64,000 nucleotides of DNA from Candidatus Omnitrophota bacterium. Lineage in GTDB: Bacteria; Omnitrophota; Gorgyraeia; Duberdicusellales; 4484-171. Location: NCBI GenBank assembly GCA_028692655.1, contig JAQUWY010000001.1, positions 24,116 to 88,115 of the forward strand, read 5' to 3'. The first letter of the stretch is position 1; every line of letters starts with the position of its first letter. The position numbers and the translations under genes were made by a program. Below the pieces are notes generated by a model. That model ran no database searches. It saw only the letters and a list, made by a program, of their open reading frames with translations, and had not been told where the DNA came from. This document shows, one piece after another, positions 45,424 to 55,219 of this stretch.

Positions 45424-46713
45424 ATGAAAACGATGCATAAAATTATCATTGGTGATTCGCGAAAGATGAAGGAGCTTTCTGATGAAAGCATCCATATAGT
45501 TGTAACTTCTCCGCCATATTGGCAACTGAAAGATTACGGAGTTAAAGATCAAATAGGATTTAATGATAGTTATGAGAGCTACATCAATAACCTTAATTTA
45601 GTCTGGAAAGAATGCCATAGGGTTTTACATAAAGGTTGTCGTTTATGCGTCAACATTGGAGATCAATTCGCACGTTCAGTTTACTATGGAAGATATAAGA
45701 TTATTCCTATCCGAACGGAGATTATTAGGTTTTGCGAAACGATCGGGTTTGATTATATGGGCGCTATAATCTGGCAAAAAGTAACTACCTGCAATACTAC
45801 AGGTGGTGCGACAATAATGGGTTCATTTCCTTACCCCCGGAATGGGATTTTAAAGTTAGATTACGAATTTATTCTGTTATTTAAAAAACCAGGCATTTCT
45901 CCACGACCATTTAGAGAGATTAGAGAACGCTCAAAGATGACAACTGAGGAATGGAATAAGTATTTTGCTGGACATTGGCAATTTACCGGAGAAAGACAGA
46001 ATAAGCATTTGGCAATGTTTCCGGAGGAATTACCTAAACGTCTTTTAAGAATGTTTACTTTTGTCGGCGATACGGTATTAGACCCTTTCCTAGGGAGCGG
46101 TACGACTTCTTTGGCAGCAAGGAATTTAGAAAGAAACTCTGTCGGATACGAGATAAATAAAGATTTTTTGTCTGTTATAAAATCAAAACTCGGAATGAAG
46201 CAGCACAATTTTTTTCATACGCATAATTTCGAAGTTATACAACAAGAAAAAATAGCGAATAATTTAACCGAGGAAATTAATAAATTGCCTTATGTTTTTA
46301 AGGATCCAATAAAATTTGATAAAAAAGTTGATCCTAGAAAGTTGCAGTTTGGTTCAAGAATCGATAAAAATAGTGGGGAGCGACACCAATCCTTTGTTGT
46401 AAAGGAAGTTATTAGCCCCGAATTACTAAAACTCAACAATGGTCTTACTATACGACTTCTAGGCATCAAGCAGAACCTTGACAAAAATGGAAAAGCTACT
46501 CAGTTTTTGAGCGATAAGGTTAAGGGAACAAGAGTTTTTCTTAAATACGATAAAGCAAAACATGATGAAAAAAATAACCTGCTTTGTTACCTTTATTTAC
46601 AAAATAAGACTTTTGTGAATGCACATCTAGTAAAAAATAACCTAGTGGACGTTGATGCAGCAACGGATTATAGATATAAGACAAAATTTTTATCTTTGGC
46701 AGGAGCTAAATAA
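45424..46713 (+). CDS. DNA methyltransferase, beta-class amino-MTase (N4-C or N6-A)
   Basis: Motif IV SPPYW precedes motif I DPFLGSGTT, the beta-class permutation. About 150-aa C-terminal extension. Confidence 0.8.
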   Translation: MKTMHKIIIGDSRKMKELSDESIHIVVTSPPYWQLKDYGVKDQIGFNDSYESYINNLNLVWKECHRVLHKGCRLCVNIGDQFARSVYYGRYKIIPIRTEIIRFCETIGFDYMGAIIWQKVTTCNTTGGATIMGSFPYPRNGILKLDYEFILLFKKPGISPRPFREIRERSKMTTEEWNKYFAGHWQFTGERQNKHLAMFPEELPKRLLRMFTFVGDTVLDPFLGSGTTSLAARNLERNSVGYEINKDFLSVIKSKLGMKQHNFFHTHNFEVIQQEKIANNLTEEINKLPYVFKDPIKFDKKVDPRKLQFGSRIDKNSGERHQSFVVKEVISPELLKLNNGLTIRLLGIKQNLDKNGKATQFLSDKVKGTRVFLKYDKAKHDEKNNLLCYLYLQNKTFVNAHLVKNNLVDVDAATDYRYKTKFLSLAGAK

Positions 46714-47345
46714 TGGCAAAAGAATGGATATTAAATCAGGCAAATATGCGATGGGGGTTAACTAGAAAGAGTAAAGTTGGTCCTGTTGCAGAACTAATAA
46801 GGAAATGTTCACCCAAGACATTAAAAGAATGGGAAGAGTTTTATTTGCATAAAGCTTATTCAAAGCAACACCTTGAACAGCTCGGGAAAATATTGTTCAT
46901 TAAGGTAACTGATATTTGCAAGGCAGAAATAGAAGATATTACCGAAGAAGATTGCATAGGATTTGTATATAATTTGGTAATTAACAGAACCTTTGATGGA
47001 TATCAGTCAGAAATTCAAACAATATATGGCCAACTTGAAAAGATTCTTGGGGTAAAAATTGAATCCGCTCCTGACGAATGGGATAGAGGCTATAACGTTG
47101 ATTATTTCATTCGAATTGATGGTAAACATATCGGTCTTCAAATAAAACCCGCAGGTTATGAGTATATAACGCAAATAATTAATGAGAGAGAGCAGCAGAA
47201 GAAAACTCACGAAAAATTTTCAGCAAAGTATGGAGGTAAAGTGTTCTATATTATTTCAATAACTGAAGGTAAAAATAAGTTAATTCATAATCCCGAAGTA
47301 ATCGAGGAAATAAAAAAAGAGATCGAAAGGCTAAAAAGAGTATAA
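46713..47345 (+). CDS. hypothetical protein, candidate cognate restriction endonuclease
   Basis: Translationally coupled (ATGA) to the MTase. VDYFIRIDGKHIGLQIK could be a PD-(D/E)xK-like core. Assignment by position only. Confidence 0.3.
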   Translation: MAKEWILNQANMRWGLTRKSKVGPVAELIRKCSPKTLKEWEEFYLHKAYSKQHLEQLGKILFIKVTDICKAEIEDITEEDCIGFVYNLVINRTFDGYQSEIQTIYGQLEKILGVKIESAPDEWDRGYNVDYFIRIDGKHIGLQIKPAGYEYITQIINEREQQKKTHEKFSAKYGGKVFYIISITEGKNKLIHNPEVIEEIKKEIERLKRV

Positions 47346-47707
47346 AGATCAGTGATAAAAAGGGGAATTTCTACCCCGAAATTCTTCGGGCTGGGTGGGT
47401 ATTTAGTGTTCCACTCACTTGCAGGTTCGGAGTCCCGAACCAGAATAGATTCGGTTCGGGGTAAACTCCGGTAGGCCCGAGCAGAGCGAAGCCTTCTTTT
47501 AGGGGTTGAGACTGCAACAAGCAACCACGATGTATATGCACCCCACCAGAGACGCCAACAGGCTACCACGATGAGGCTGGCCCTTGGCCGTTTCTTAAAC
47601 AACAAAGATGAACTCCAGCCATTTTTCACATTTCGAACTATTCTGCCGTCCATTTCTAAGAGGATTTTCTCCCTTCACGAATTTGCCAATAATGATATAC
47701 TTAAAAT

Positions 47708-48247
47708 ATGCAAAACATAAAAGCCGGTGACATTATTCTTTTTAAGCCCGGGGGAGATTTGCTTTCAAGGATTATTGCCTGGGGCACAAAAAGCGCCTAT
47801 TCTCATGTTGCTGTTTGTGTATCGGCAGAAATGAACCTGGCCATTGAGGCAAACACAAGAGGCGGAGTGAGAGCAATTGACTTACGCAAAATTAAACGCA
47901 GGATAGATATTTACCGCATCAAAAACGAGCATCAATTCCGGCTGGATGGAGTAATTTCTTTTTTAGTTGAGCAGTTAAATAACAAGTATGACTTTTTAGG
48001 CGTAATATACTTAGCAATTTTAAAGAGTTTAGCTATTGTTTTACGCAGGCCCCTTAAAAATGCCGCCAATAGATGGCAGAAAGGCAAAGACTATTTTTGC
48101 TCAGAGCTCTGCTATGAAGCTTTTTTAAAGGGCGGCGATTTAGATATCGTACCGCAAAGCGATAAAGCGGATGTAACTTCTCCCGGTGATATTGCCAAAA
48201 GCCCGATTGTCGAATTAGTGGAGCAAAAAAGAACTTTCTACAATTAG
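47708..48247 (+). CDS. permuted papain-fold hydrolase-like protein (YiiX/DUF830-like)
   Basis: GDIILF near the N-terminus. SHVAVCV. FCSELCYEAF. Order and spacing are typical of permuted NlpC/P60-like amidases. Confidence 0.4.
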   Translation: MQNIKAGDIILFKPGGDLLSRIIAWGTKSAYSHVAVCVSAEMNLAIEANTRGGVRAIDLRKIKRRIDIYRIKNEHQFRLDGVISFLVEQLNNKYDFLGVIYLAILKSLAIVLRRPLKNAANRWQKGKDYFCSELCYEAFLKGGDLDIVPQSDKADVTSPGDIAKSPIVELVEQKRTFYN

Positions 48248-48490
48248 GCTGGGATTTGCCTACTGCTTAATCATTTACGGTCATTTTTATATTAAAAAAG
48301 TTATTTATAATGTAAGATATTGCAGAGGGTTTTCTTTTTCGTGATATAATATAAAAATGTAATTCCGGCCGCTTATATAGCGGGTTAAATCTTGCCCTGT
48401 TTTGCGCCGTAACTTTTAACCCTAAGCGGTTCGGACATAATTCACCCTTGACATTAAAGATATCAAGGGTTCATTAAAAGGAGGTTAGAT

Positions 48491-48745
48491 ATGCAAGAGC
48501 AAGAGATTGGAGTAGTTGACCATTTTTTTGGCAAGATTTCTGTTGGGATGATCAACCTAAGCGGCGAGCTTAAAGTAGGAGAGACCATTCGCATTAAAGG
48601 AAAGCAGGCGGATTTTTCTCAAAAGGTCGAATCGATGCGGATAGGGTTTGATGATGTAACTGAGGCTAAAGAAGGGGACAAGGTAGGCATAAAAGTTTCC
48701 GAAGCTGTCCATGCTAACGATAAAGTATATAAAGTGATTGCTTAA
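48491..48745 (+). CDS. small EF-Tu domain-2-like beta-barrel protein
   Basis: 84 aa. GKISVGMINLSGELKVGETIRIKG resembles the translation-factor beta-barrel domain 2. SD aaaggagg. Confidence 0.4.
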   Translation: MQEQEIGVVDHFFGKISVGMINLSGELKVGETIRIKGKQADFSQKVESMRIGFDDVTEAKEGDKVGIKVSEAVHANDKVYKVIA

Positions 48746-48793
48746 ATCCCGGCGATAAATATTATTTTCCCAAGAAACTTTTAAAATAAGTCT

Positions 48794-49951
48794 ATGCAAT
48801 TCAGTGAGCTTAATTTACCGCAATCTATATTAAAATCTCTGCAAAGAATGGGGTTTAAGGAGCTTACTCCTATACAGGAAGCAACTTACCCGATTATTTT
48901 GACCGGGCGTGATATCTGCGCATTGGCTGAGACCGGTTCAGGTAAGACTAGCGCTTGCGCGATTCCGCTTATTCAGATAGTTGATTCTAATATTAAAAGT
49001 ATCCAAGGGCTGGTGATTGTGCCTACACGCGAGCTCTGCATTCAATATGTCGATGAAATTCATAAGATTGCGCTTAAAACTCAGGTTGCAGTTTTTGCCG
49101 CTTACGGCGGTTTTGATAAGTCAATACAAGTAACCAAGCTTAAACATGGGGTGCATATCCTGGTGGCTACTCCCGGACGGCTTATAGACCTGATTTATGA
49201 CGGAGTAGTTGATTTAACCGGTATAAAATGCGTGATATTGGATGAAGCTGACCGGCTGCTCGACGATGGTTTTTTAGAAGGTATTGAGCTTATTCTTTCC
49301 TGTATAAGGCAGGAACACCAGATACTTATGTTTTCAGCCACGATGAACGAGGAGACGAAAAAACTCGCCAATGACTGCCTTAAAAACCCCAAGCATATAT
49401 CGTTGATTAACAAGCAGGCTACACCCAAGAGTATTGAGCATTATTTTGCTTATGTTAAACGGGAAACTAAAGAAAAAGCCCTCTTTGATTATTTGCGCCG
49501 CGAAAGAGTTAACCAGGCGATTATTTTTTGCAATGCCCGGAGCATGGTGGATACCCTGCACAGGATTGTGCGCAAGCATTTTCGTGATGTAGAGTATATT
49601 CATGCCGGCCTTGAACAGGGCAAGCGTTCTTCAATAGTGCGCCGATTCAGGGCTAAAAAGATTCGCTATTTGATTGCAACAGATGTTGCCGGCCGCGGCC
49701 TTGATTTTTCCCATATTTCTCATATTGTTAACTGGAATTTTCCCCGAGGCGAGCAATATACGCATCGTACCGGACGAGTCGGGCGTATGGGCAGAAAAGG
49801 CAGGGCATTATCTTTGATAACCCATCATGACATTCCTGCGGTGCGGGAAATGCTAAGCGCTACTAAAATTAAACCTCATTGGTTCGGGATAGATCCATTG
49901 AGCCAGTTATCAGCGCCGCATCGTTCCAGCCGTCGGCCGCCGAGAGGTTAA
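48794..49951 (+). CDS. DEAD-box ATP-dependent RNA helicase
   Basis: Q motif region. AETGSGKT. DEAD. SAT. HRTGRVGR motifs in order. Confidence 0.9.
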   Translation: MQFSELNLPQSILKSLQRMGFKELTPIQEATYPIILTGRDICALAETGSGKTSACAIPLIQIVDSNIKSIQGLVIVPTRELCIQYVDEIHKIALKTQVAVFAAYGGFDKSIQVTKLKHGVHILVATPGRLIDLIYDGVVDLTGIKCVILDEADRLLDDGFLEGIELILSCIRQEHQILMFSATMNEETKKLANDCLKNPKHISLINKQATPKSIEHYFAYVKRETKEKALFDYLRRERVNQAIIFCNARSMVDTLHRIVRKHFRDVEYIHAGLEQGKRSSIVRRFRAKKIRYLIATDVAGRGLDFSHISHIVNWNFPRGEQYTHRTGRVGRMGRKGRALSLITHHDIPAVREMLSATKIKPHWFGIDPLSQLSAPHRSSRRPPRG

Positions 49952-50147
49952 CAAGTTAAGCAATTTATGCGCTTATCAGAAATGGATGAGCCTGAGGAGA
50001 TGGAGGGTTATTTAGAATTTTTGCTTAAGGCGTGCAGAGAATTGGTTGTTACTTTTTTGTGTTAATAAAAATGTTAAAAGTTGTCTTTTTTACCATTTGT
50101 GGTAGCGTAAAAGAGAGAAGGATTTAAAATAAAAAAAGGAGGCGGGA

Positions 50148-50663
50148 ATGAGGCAAAAGATGATATTGGCGGTTTTATTGTCACTGGGTTTTATTTTTGT
50201 TACTTCATCAGTTAACGCCGGCCAGGCGGAAGGATTAGAGGCAAATAAAGAAATTGCCGTAAAGTATGTAGAGGAAATTTTAGAAGAAGGCAATATTGAT
50301 TTTATTGTTGATAATTATCTTGCCCCTGAGATTGAAATTGAGTTTCCTGAAAATTTCATAATTCCGGCATTAGGAACTAACCAGGTTAAAGGGAAGGAGG
50401 CCCATCGTAGGGCAGCTAAGGCTTGGAAGAGCGAAACGGCGCATAACGTTGATATCTCTGAGGTCATTGCCGAGGATGATAAAGTGGTAGTATTGGTTTA
50501 TGTTGATCGAGCATTCAAAATAATAGAAGGTAAGGAAAGATTATTCAATGACCATCCGATGGTATTTATTTTTAAGTTTAAGGATGGCCAGATTATTAAT
50601 GCTAAGATAATTTTTGACGTGTTGGATGAAATTGAACAGATGAAAGCAAAAAAATATAATTAG
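50148..50663 (+). CDS. secreted SnoaL/ketosteroid-isomerase-like fold protein
   Basis: Signal peptide ending VNA|GQ. About 150-aa mature domain of NTF2-like composition. Weak evidence. Confidence 0.35.
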   Translation: MRQKMILAVLLSLGFIFVTSSVNAGQAEGLEANKEIAVKYVEEILEEGNIDFIVDNYLAPEIEIEFPENFIIPALGTNQVKGKEAHRRAAKAWKSETAHNVDISEVIAEDDKVVVLVYVDRAFKIIEGKERLFNDHPMVFIFKFKDGQIINAKIIFDVLDEIEQMKAKKYN

Positions 50664-50738
50664 CTAATAGAGTTAATAAGCAATAAAATATTTATTTTTA
50701 GCTGACAAGAATATCTCTATGCTTAGAGAGGGGTATAA

Positions 50739-51515
50739 GTGATTTTACGTAAGGTTTCTATATTATTTTTCTCGATAGTTTTTCTGTCAGTTATTTTTTT
50801 CATTAAATACGCCAGTGCTGAGGGCAAATGGCAAATTACCGGCCAAAGGCATTTTGGTACGCGTGTTGTCGATGACAGCGATTTTGCGAAGGTAAAAAGT
50901 ATACCTGCTTGGTGCGGAGTGGCTCGGATAGTAAACTGCGGCGGCAGGCAGGCCTTAGAATACGCCTGTTTAGAGGATGCTCTCTGGACTCCTTATACAG
51001 AAAGCAGCCTTATCGGCCCGATAGGGTTTGATTTTCAGGGTTATAACGAGTTAGTGGTTTATATTTATTCTACCGCGGCAAATTCTCCGGGCCGTTTCCT
51101 AAGGCTTAAAGGAATAGACTTAGATAAAACAATGATCGGCAAGGTAGGAGAATTCACCGGGAAAATAACTCCCTGGGTTAAAGGCAAAAGCCCGGGAGTG
51201 ATGGAGGTGGAAGAATACCACTGGCTGCCTCCAGTCTGCATAAAAGGCATTGTGAGAGAAGAAAACAGATGCCAGGGGGAGCGGAAAGAATCCACAGCTC
51301 TTGTTTTTGATGTGAAAGGAAGAAAAGGTACGGTTACATTTTTTATCAGCCAGAATTCACCGGTTTATTCAGAGCTTAGACAGCATCTTGGAGAAGAGAT
51401 TAGCTTAGCTGCCTATGTTTGCAATAAATGGCTAAGCGAGCATATCTTCCCCGAGATGAGTTGGACATGTTTCCTTGGTATGCCGGCGATGAGTGTGCAG
51501 TGGCTTTGCGATTAG
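50739..51515 (+). CDS. hypothetical secreted protein
   Basis: 258 aa, N-terminal TM/signal, several Cys. Confidence 0.3.
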   Translation: MILRKVSILFFSIVFLSVIFFIKYASAEGKWQITGQRHFGTRVVDDSDFAKVKSIPAWCGVARIVNCGGRQALEYACLEDALWTPYTESSLIGPIGFDFQGYNELVVYIYSTAANSPGRFLRLKGIDLDKTMIGKVGEFTGKITPWVKGKSPGVMEVEEYHWLPPVCIKGIVREENRCQGERKESTALVFDVKGRKGTVTFFISQNSPVYSELRQHLGEEISLAAYVCNKWLSEHIFPEMSWTCFLGMPAMSVQWLCD

Positions 51516-51528
51516 ATTGTCCATGAGC

Positions 51529-51876
51529 AGAGCGGGAAACATAGAAAGCCTTTTACAAAAATCAAAATTCAGGTCGAGCTTTAAACTTACCCTCAAAGAC
51601 TTAGCTTATATAAAAAGAGTTGGGCTTGCAAAAATTAAGAGTCATGCCCACGATTTTATCGTTACAAGATTAAAACCGGCAAATCCTGAAAATGACGGAA
51701 AGCAAACCCCTTTTAGGGGCCACCCAGTTTTTAAGGCTCAACACGCTACTGCTACATGCTGCCGCAAGTGCCTTTATAAGTGGTATGAAATACCAGAAAA
51801 AAGACAGCTGAGTGAAACTGAAACAACATTTATTGAAAAGCGTATTATGAATTGGATTAATGCGCGCTTACAATAA
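51529..51876 (+). CDS. hypothetical protein (DUF4186-like)
   Basis: CCRKCLYKWYEIPEKRQL motif. The track ORF starts at 51493. Confidence 0.3.
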   Translation, partial: RAGNIESLLQKSKFRSSFKLTLKDLAYIKRVGLAKIKSHAHDFIVTRLKPANPENDGKQTPFRGHPVFKAQHATATCCRKCLYKWYEIPEKRQLSETETTFIEKRIMNWINARLQ

Positions 51877-52083
51877 ATATAGCTTTGCCGGTGAAAGCGG
51901 TTGGAAACGGCTGTTTATTTTTGAAAAAGTAATTAAACCAGAAGAATCGCAGCAGTTTTTGCCAGATATAAGCAATATATATTGTTTTATTCTTGTAAGA
52001 GAGTTCAAGCAGCGATAAAATGTTTAGAAGTCGCCGGAGTAATTAATGTAGGATTATTTTGTTTATTGCATAGGAGGTTTTTA

Positions 52084-53136
52084 ATGGAAAAAGAGTCCTT
52101 AGAGTTTCTAAAAAAATTGATTAATACTGCCAGCCCTTCAGGTTCTGAAGAAGAAGCAGGCATAATATGGAGAGAGGAAGTAGCCAAGAGCATCAGTAAG
52201 GTTAAAAATGATATTCACGGCAATAGCATTGCGGTTATAAATGAGGCTAAAACTCCCAAGGTGATGCTTGCGGCTCATATTGATGAAATTGGGTTTATGG
52301 TGAAATATATCGACAAAGAGGGATTTATTTATTTTTCGGCAGTCGGCGGCATTGACGCGCGTTTAGTTTCCGGGCAGAGGGTAAAAATCAAAACCAAAAA
52401 AGGAAATGTTTTAGGCGTTGTCGGAAAAAAACCAATTCATTTATTAAAACCGGAGGAAAAGAAAAAGGCAGAAGAAATAACCGACCTTTGGATAGACATT
52501 GGGGCAGAAAATCAAGCCCAAGCTAAAGCAAAAGTTGATATTGGAGATGTGGCGGTTATTGATGTAGGGTTTGACAGCTTATGCTCTGATCGGATAGTCG
52601 GAAGGGGCTTGGATGATAAGGCAGGGGTTTTTGTTGCGGCGGAAGTTTTAAAATCTATCTTCAAAGAAAGTTTTGACACTTGCTTGGTTGGCGTAGCTAC
52701 GGTTCAGGAAGAGATAGGCCTGCGCGGTGCGAAAACAAGCGCTTACGGAATTTCTCCTGATATCGGAATCGCTGTTGACGTAACTTTTGCTTCGGATTTT
52801 CCCACAATGGATAAAAAAGAAACGGGAGATATTAAAATCGGAGCTGGACCGGTAATCGCTAAAGGCCCTAATATTAATTCTAAAATATTTGATTTACTGG
52901 TCAATACGGCAAAGGAGAAAAATATTCCTTATCAGATAGAGGCAATATCCCGGGCTACCGGAACTGATGCCAATGTTATCCAGCTTACGAAATCGGGAGT
53001 AGCTACGGGACTGGTGAGTATTCCTTTAAGGTATATGCATACCCCGGTAGAAATAGTCAGCCTCAAGGATTTAGAAAATACGATTGCATTGATAAAACAG
53101 TTTATTTTAAAAGTTGATAAAAACTTACTGGTTTAA
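52084..53136 (+). CDS. M42 family aminopeptidase (FrvX/CelM-like)
   Basis: AHIDEIGFMV metal-binding motif. 350 aa. ATG at 52084 with SD taggagg. Confidence 0.8.
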   Translation: MEKESLEFLKKLINTASPSGSEEEAGIIWREEVAKSISKVKNDIHGNSIAVINEAKTPKVMLAAHIDEIGFMVKYIDKEGFIYFSAVGGIDARLVSGQRVKIKTKKGNVLGVVGKKPIHLLKPEEKKKAEEITDLWIDIGAENQAQAKAKVDIGDVAVIDVGFDSLCSDRIVGRGLDDKAGVFVAAEVLKSIFKESFDTCLVGVATVQEEIGLRGAKTSAYGISPDIGIAVDVTFASDFPTMDKKETGDIKIGAGPVIAKGPNINSKIFDLLVNTAKEKNIPYQIEAISRATGTDANVIQLTKSGVATGLVSIPLRYMHTPVEIVSLKDLENTIALIKQFILKVDKNLLV

Positions 53137-53169
53137 GCAAAGATGGGTTTTAAAAGATTAAGGAGGCAA

Positions 53170-54141
53170 ATGATGGCAGGTATCCGAGAAGTAAAAGCAG
53201 AAGGCATGGATGCGGAAGGTTTTATAAACGAGAAAGTTAAAGAGATATCTGCAGCTGTCGGTGATGGCGTTGCTATTAACGCTTTATCTGGAGGGGTAGA
53301 TTCTTCAGCGGTAACGATGCTGGGGCACCGGGCTTTAGCAGGCAGGTTGAAAACTTACTTTATTGATAATGGAATAATGAGGGAGAACGAACCTGAACAG
53401 ATAGCCGGAATATTTAAAAAATTAGGCGTGCCGGTAGAGATAATAGATGCTCGCAAGGAGTTTTTTACTGCTCTTAAAGGCCTAACTGATCCGGAAGAAA
53501 AAAGAGAAGCAATCACCCAAACTTTTTACAAGGATGTCTTTGGAAAATTGGTAAAGAATAGCGGGGCAAAATATCTTTTACAGGGAACAATCTTAACCGA
53601 TGTGGATGAAACTGTTGCCGGAATCAAAAGGCAGCATAATGTATTTGAACAGCTGGGCATAGACCCGCAAAGCACTTTTGGCTACAAAATCATTGAGCCT
53701 TTAATACAGTTGCGTAAGGATGGAGTAAGAAAAATCGCCAAAGCAACAGGCTTGCCGGAGTCTTTGTTCAACCGGATGCCGTTCCCCGGGCCGGCTCTTG
53801 CGGCGCGGGTAATTGGCGAAGTGACACCCGAGAAAATAGAAGTCGTCAGAATTACTACCAAGATAGTTGAGGCAGAGCTTGTTTCTTCAGGAGCCTTCCA
53901 ATATATGGCCATTTTACATAACGATAGAGTAACCGGAATGCGCCAGGGAAAAAGAGATTTTGGTTTGCAAATTGAGATAAGGTGCTGGGATAGCGTTGAT
54001 GCCCGCAGGGCCACACCGACTAATTTGCCTTACGAGCTTCTTTGTAAGCTTGGCGATAGAATTTCTACCGAGGTTCCCGGGGTGGTGAGCGTTACTTACA
54101 ATATAGTTAATAAACCCCCCTCAACCATGGAAGCGATATAA
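53170..54141 (+). CDS. GMP synthase ATP-pyrophosphatase subunit (stand-alone GuaA C-terminal half)
   Basis: PP-loop SGGVDSSAV. C-terminal GMP-synthase dimerisation region PGPALAARVIGEVT. No glutamine-amidotransferase domain in this ORF. Confidence 0.7.
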   Translation: MMAGIREVKAEGMDAEGFINEKVKEISAAVGDGVAINALSGGVDSSAVTMLGHRALAGRLKTYFIDNGIMRENEPEQIAGIFKKLGVPVEIIDARKEFFTALKGLTDPEEKREAITQTFYKDVFGKLVKNSGAKYLLQGTILTDVDETVAGIKRQHNVFEQLGIDPQSTFGYKIIEPLIQLRKDGVRKIAKATGLPESLFNRMPFPGPALAARVIGEVTPEKIEVVRITTKIVEAELVSSGAFQYMAILHNDRVTGMRQGKRDFGLQIEIRCWDSVDARRATPTNLPYELLCKLGDRISTEVPGVVSVTYNIVNKPPSTMEAI

Positions 54142-54170
54142 AAATAACTTTTTGAAAAAATGGAGGGAGA

Positions 54171-55154
54171 ATGAAATTCCGGCAGCTATTAAGAGCCAGT
54201 TTGCTTTTTTTGAGCCTATGTTTTTGTTTTGTTAATGAAGGTGTATGCCTTGATACTAAAAGCGTAGTTTTGCCGGAGCCGGATTACGTGAATTCTATAA
54301 ATTGGATGTTTTTACCCGGAGATTCTAATGCTCAAGCAGCCGATATTTTCTGGGTGTATCCGACTATATATGTTTCAGAGGATAACTGGAATATGCCCCT
54401 TGATGATAAAGAGGCTATGGCGAAAGCAAAAGAGGTTACTTCTAAATATCTTGATATGTTCAAAGACAATGGAAACCTTTACGCACCTTACTACCGGCAG
54501 GCGAGCCTGAAGGTTCTTTCCGCAAACGAGCAGGAAAAAGAAAAATATTTAGGCATAGCGATTGAGGATATCAAAAATGCCTTTAATTTTTACCTTGATA
54601 ATTACAATCACGGCAAGCCGTTTATCCTTGCCGGCCACAGCCAGGGAGCTAATGTGCTTCTTGAAATGATGAAGGATATGTTTGCCAGTGAGCAAATACG
54701 CAAAAAATTAGTAGCAGCCTATATAGTAGGCTGGTCGGTTACAGAAGATGATCTCAAAGAGTATCCTTTCTTGAAAATTGCCCAGGCACCCGATGATACC
54801 GGGGTGATAATAACTTATAACGTTGTTGCTGACGGATTCCAGGATAAGTCGCCTACACTTTTGGCGGGAGCGGTCGCGGTTAACCCGCTTTGCTGGCTGA
54901 AATCGGATATTTTTATGCCGGCGATGCTTAATGAGGGAGCGGTGTTTTTTGATGATAAGATGATTGAGACAATAATTCCTTATTACACAGGTGCTCAGGT
55001 AAAAAATGGCGCTTTGGTTATACCGAAGATAGAAGACGAGAGCCAATTTGATATGCTTTTTGGGCCGGGGGTGTATCATGTTTATGACTATTATTTCTTT
55101 TATGAGAATATCCGTAAAAATATGAAACAGCGCTTAAGGGCTTTTTTGCAGTAA
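54171..55154 (+). CDS. secreted alpha/beta-hydrolase (lipase/esterase-like)
   Basis: Signal peptide. Nucleophile elbow GHSQG. Confidence 0.55.
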   Translation: MKFRQLLRASLLFLSLCFCFVNEGVCLDTKSVVLPEPDYVNSINWMFLPGDSNAQAADIFWVYPTIYVSEDNWNMPLDDKEAMAKAKEVTSKYLDMFKDNGNLYAPYYRQASLKVLSANEQEKEKYLGIAIEDIKNAFNFYLDNYNHGKPFILAGHSQGANVLLEMMKDMFASEQIRKKLVAAYIVGWSVTEDDLKEYPFLKIAQAPDDTGVIITYNVVADGFQDKSPTLLAGAVAVNPLCWLKSDIFMPAMLNEGAVFFDDKMIETIIPYYTGAQVKNGALVIPKIEDESQFDMLFGPGVYHVYDYYFFYENIRKNMKQRLRAFLQ

Positions 55155-55219
55155 AAATATTTCAGGGGCTTATGATTGTTTTAAACTAGATATGAATATG
55201 GAAGGATAATTAAAGTTAT

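Noticed and set aside
47285-47653. 122-aa minus-strand ORF
   Set aside because: Arg/Trp/Ser-rich translation of a GC-rich block. No RBS. More likely a structured non-coding region.
47380-47700. RNase P RNA or tmRNA assignment for the GC-rich block
   Set aside because: Isolated segments resemble RNase P, but the universally conserved P4 strands (AGGAAAGUCCGGGCUCC / ACAGAAxCCGGCUUA) are absent on both strands and the look-alike segments are in the wrong order. No tRNA-like 3' end for tmRNA.
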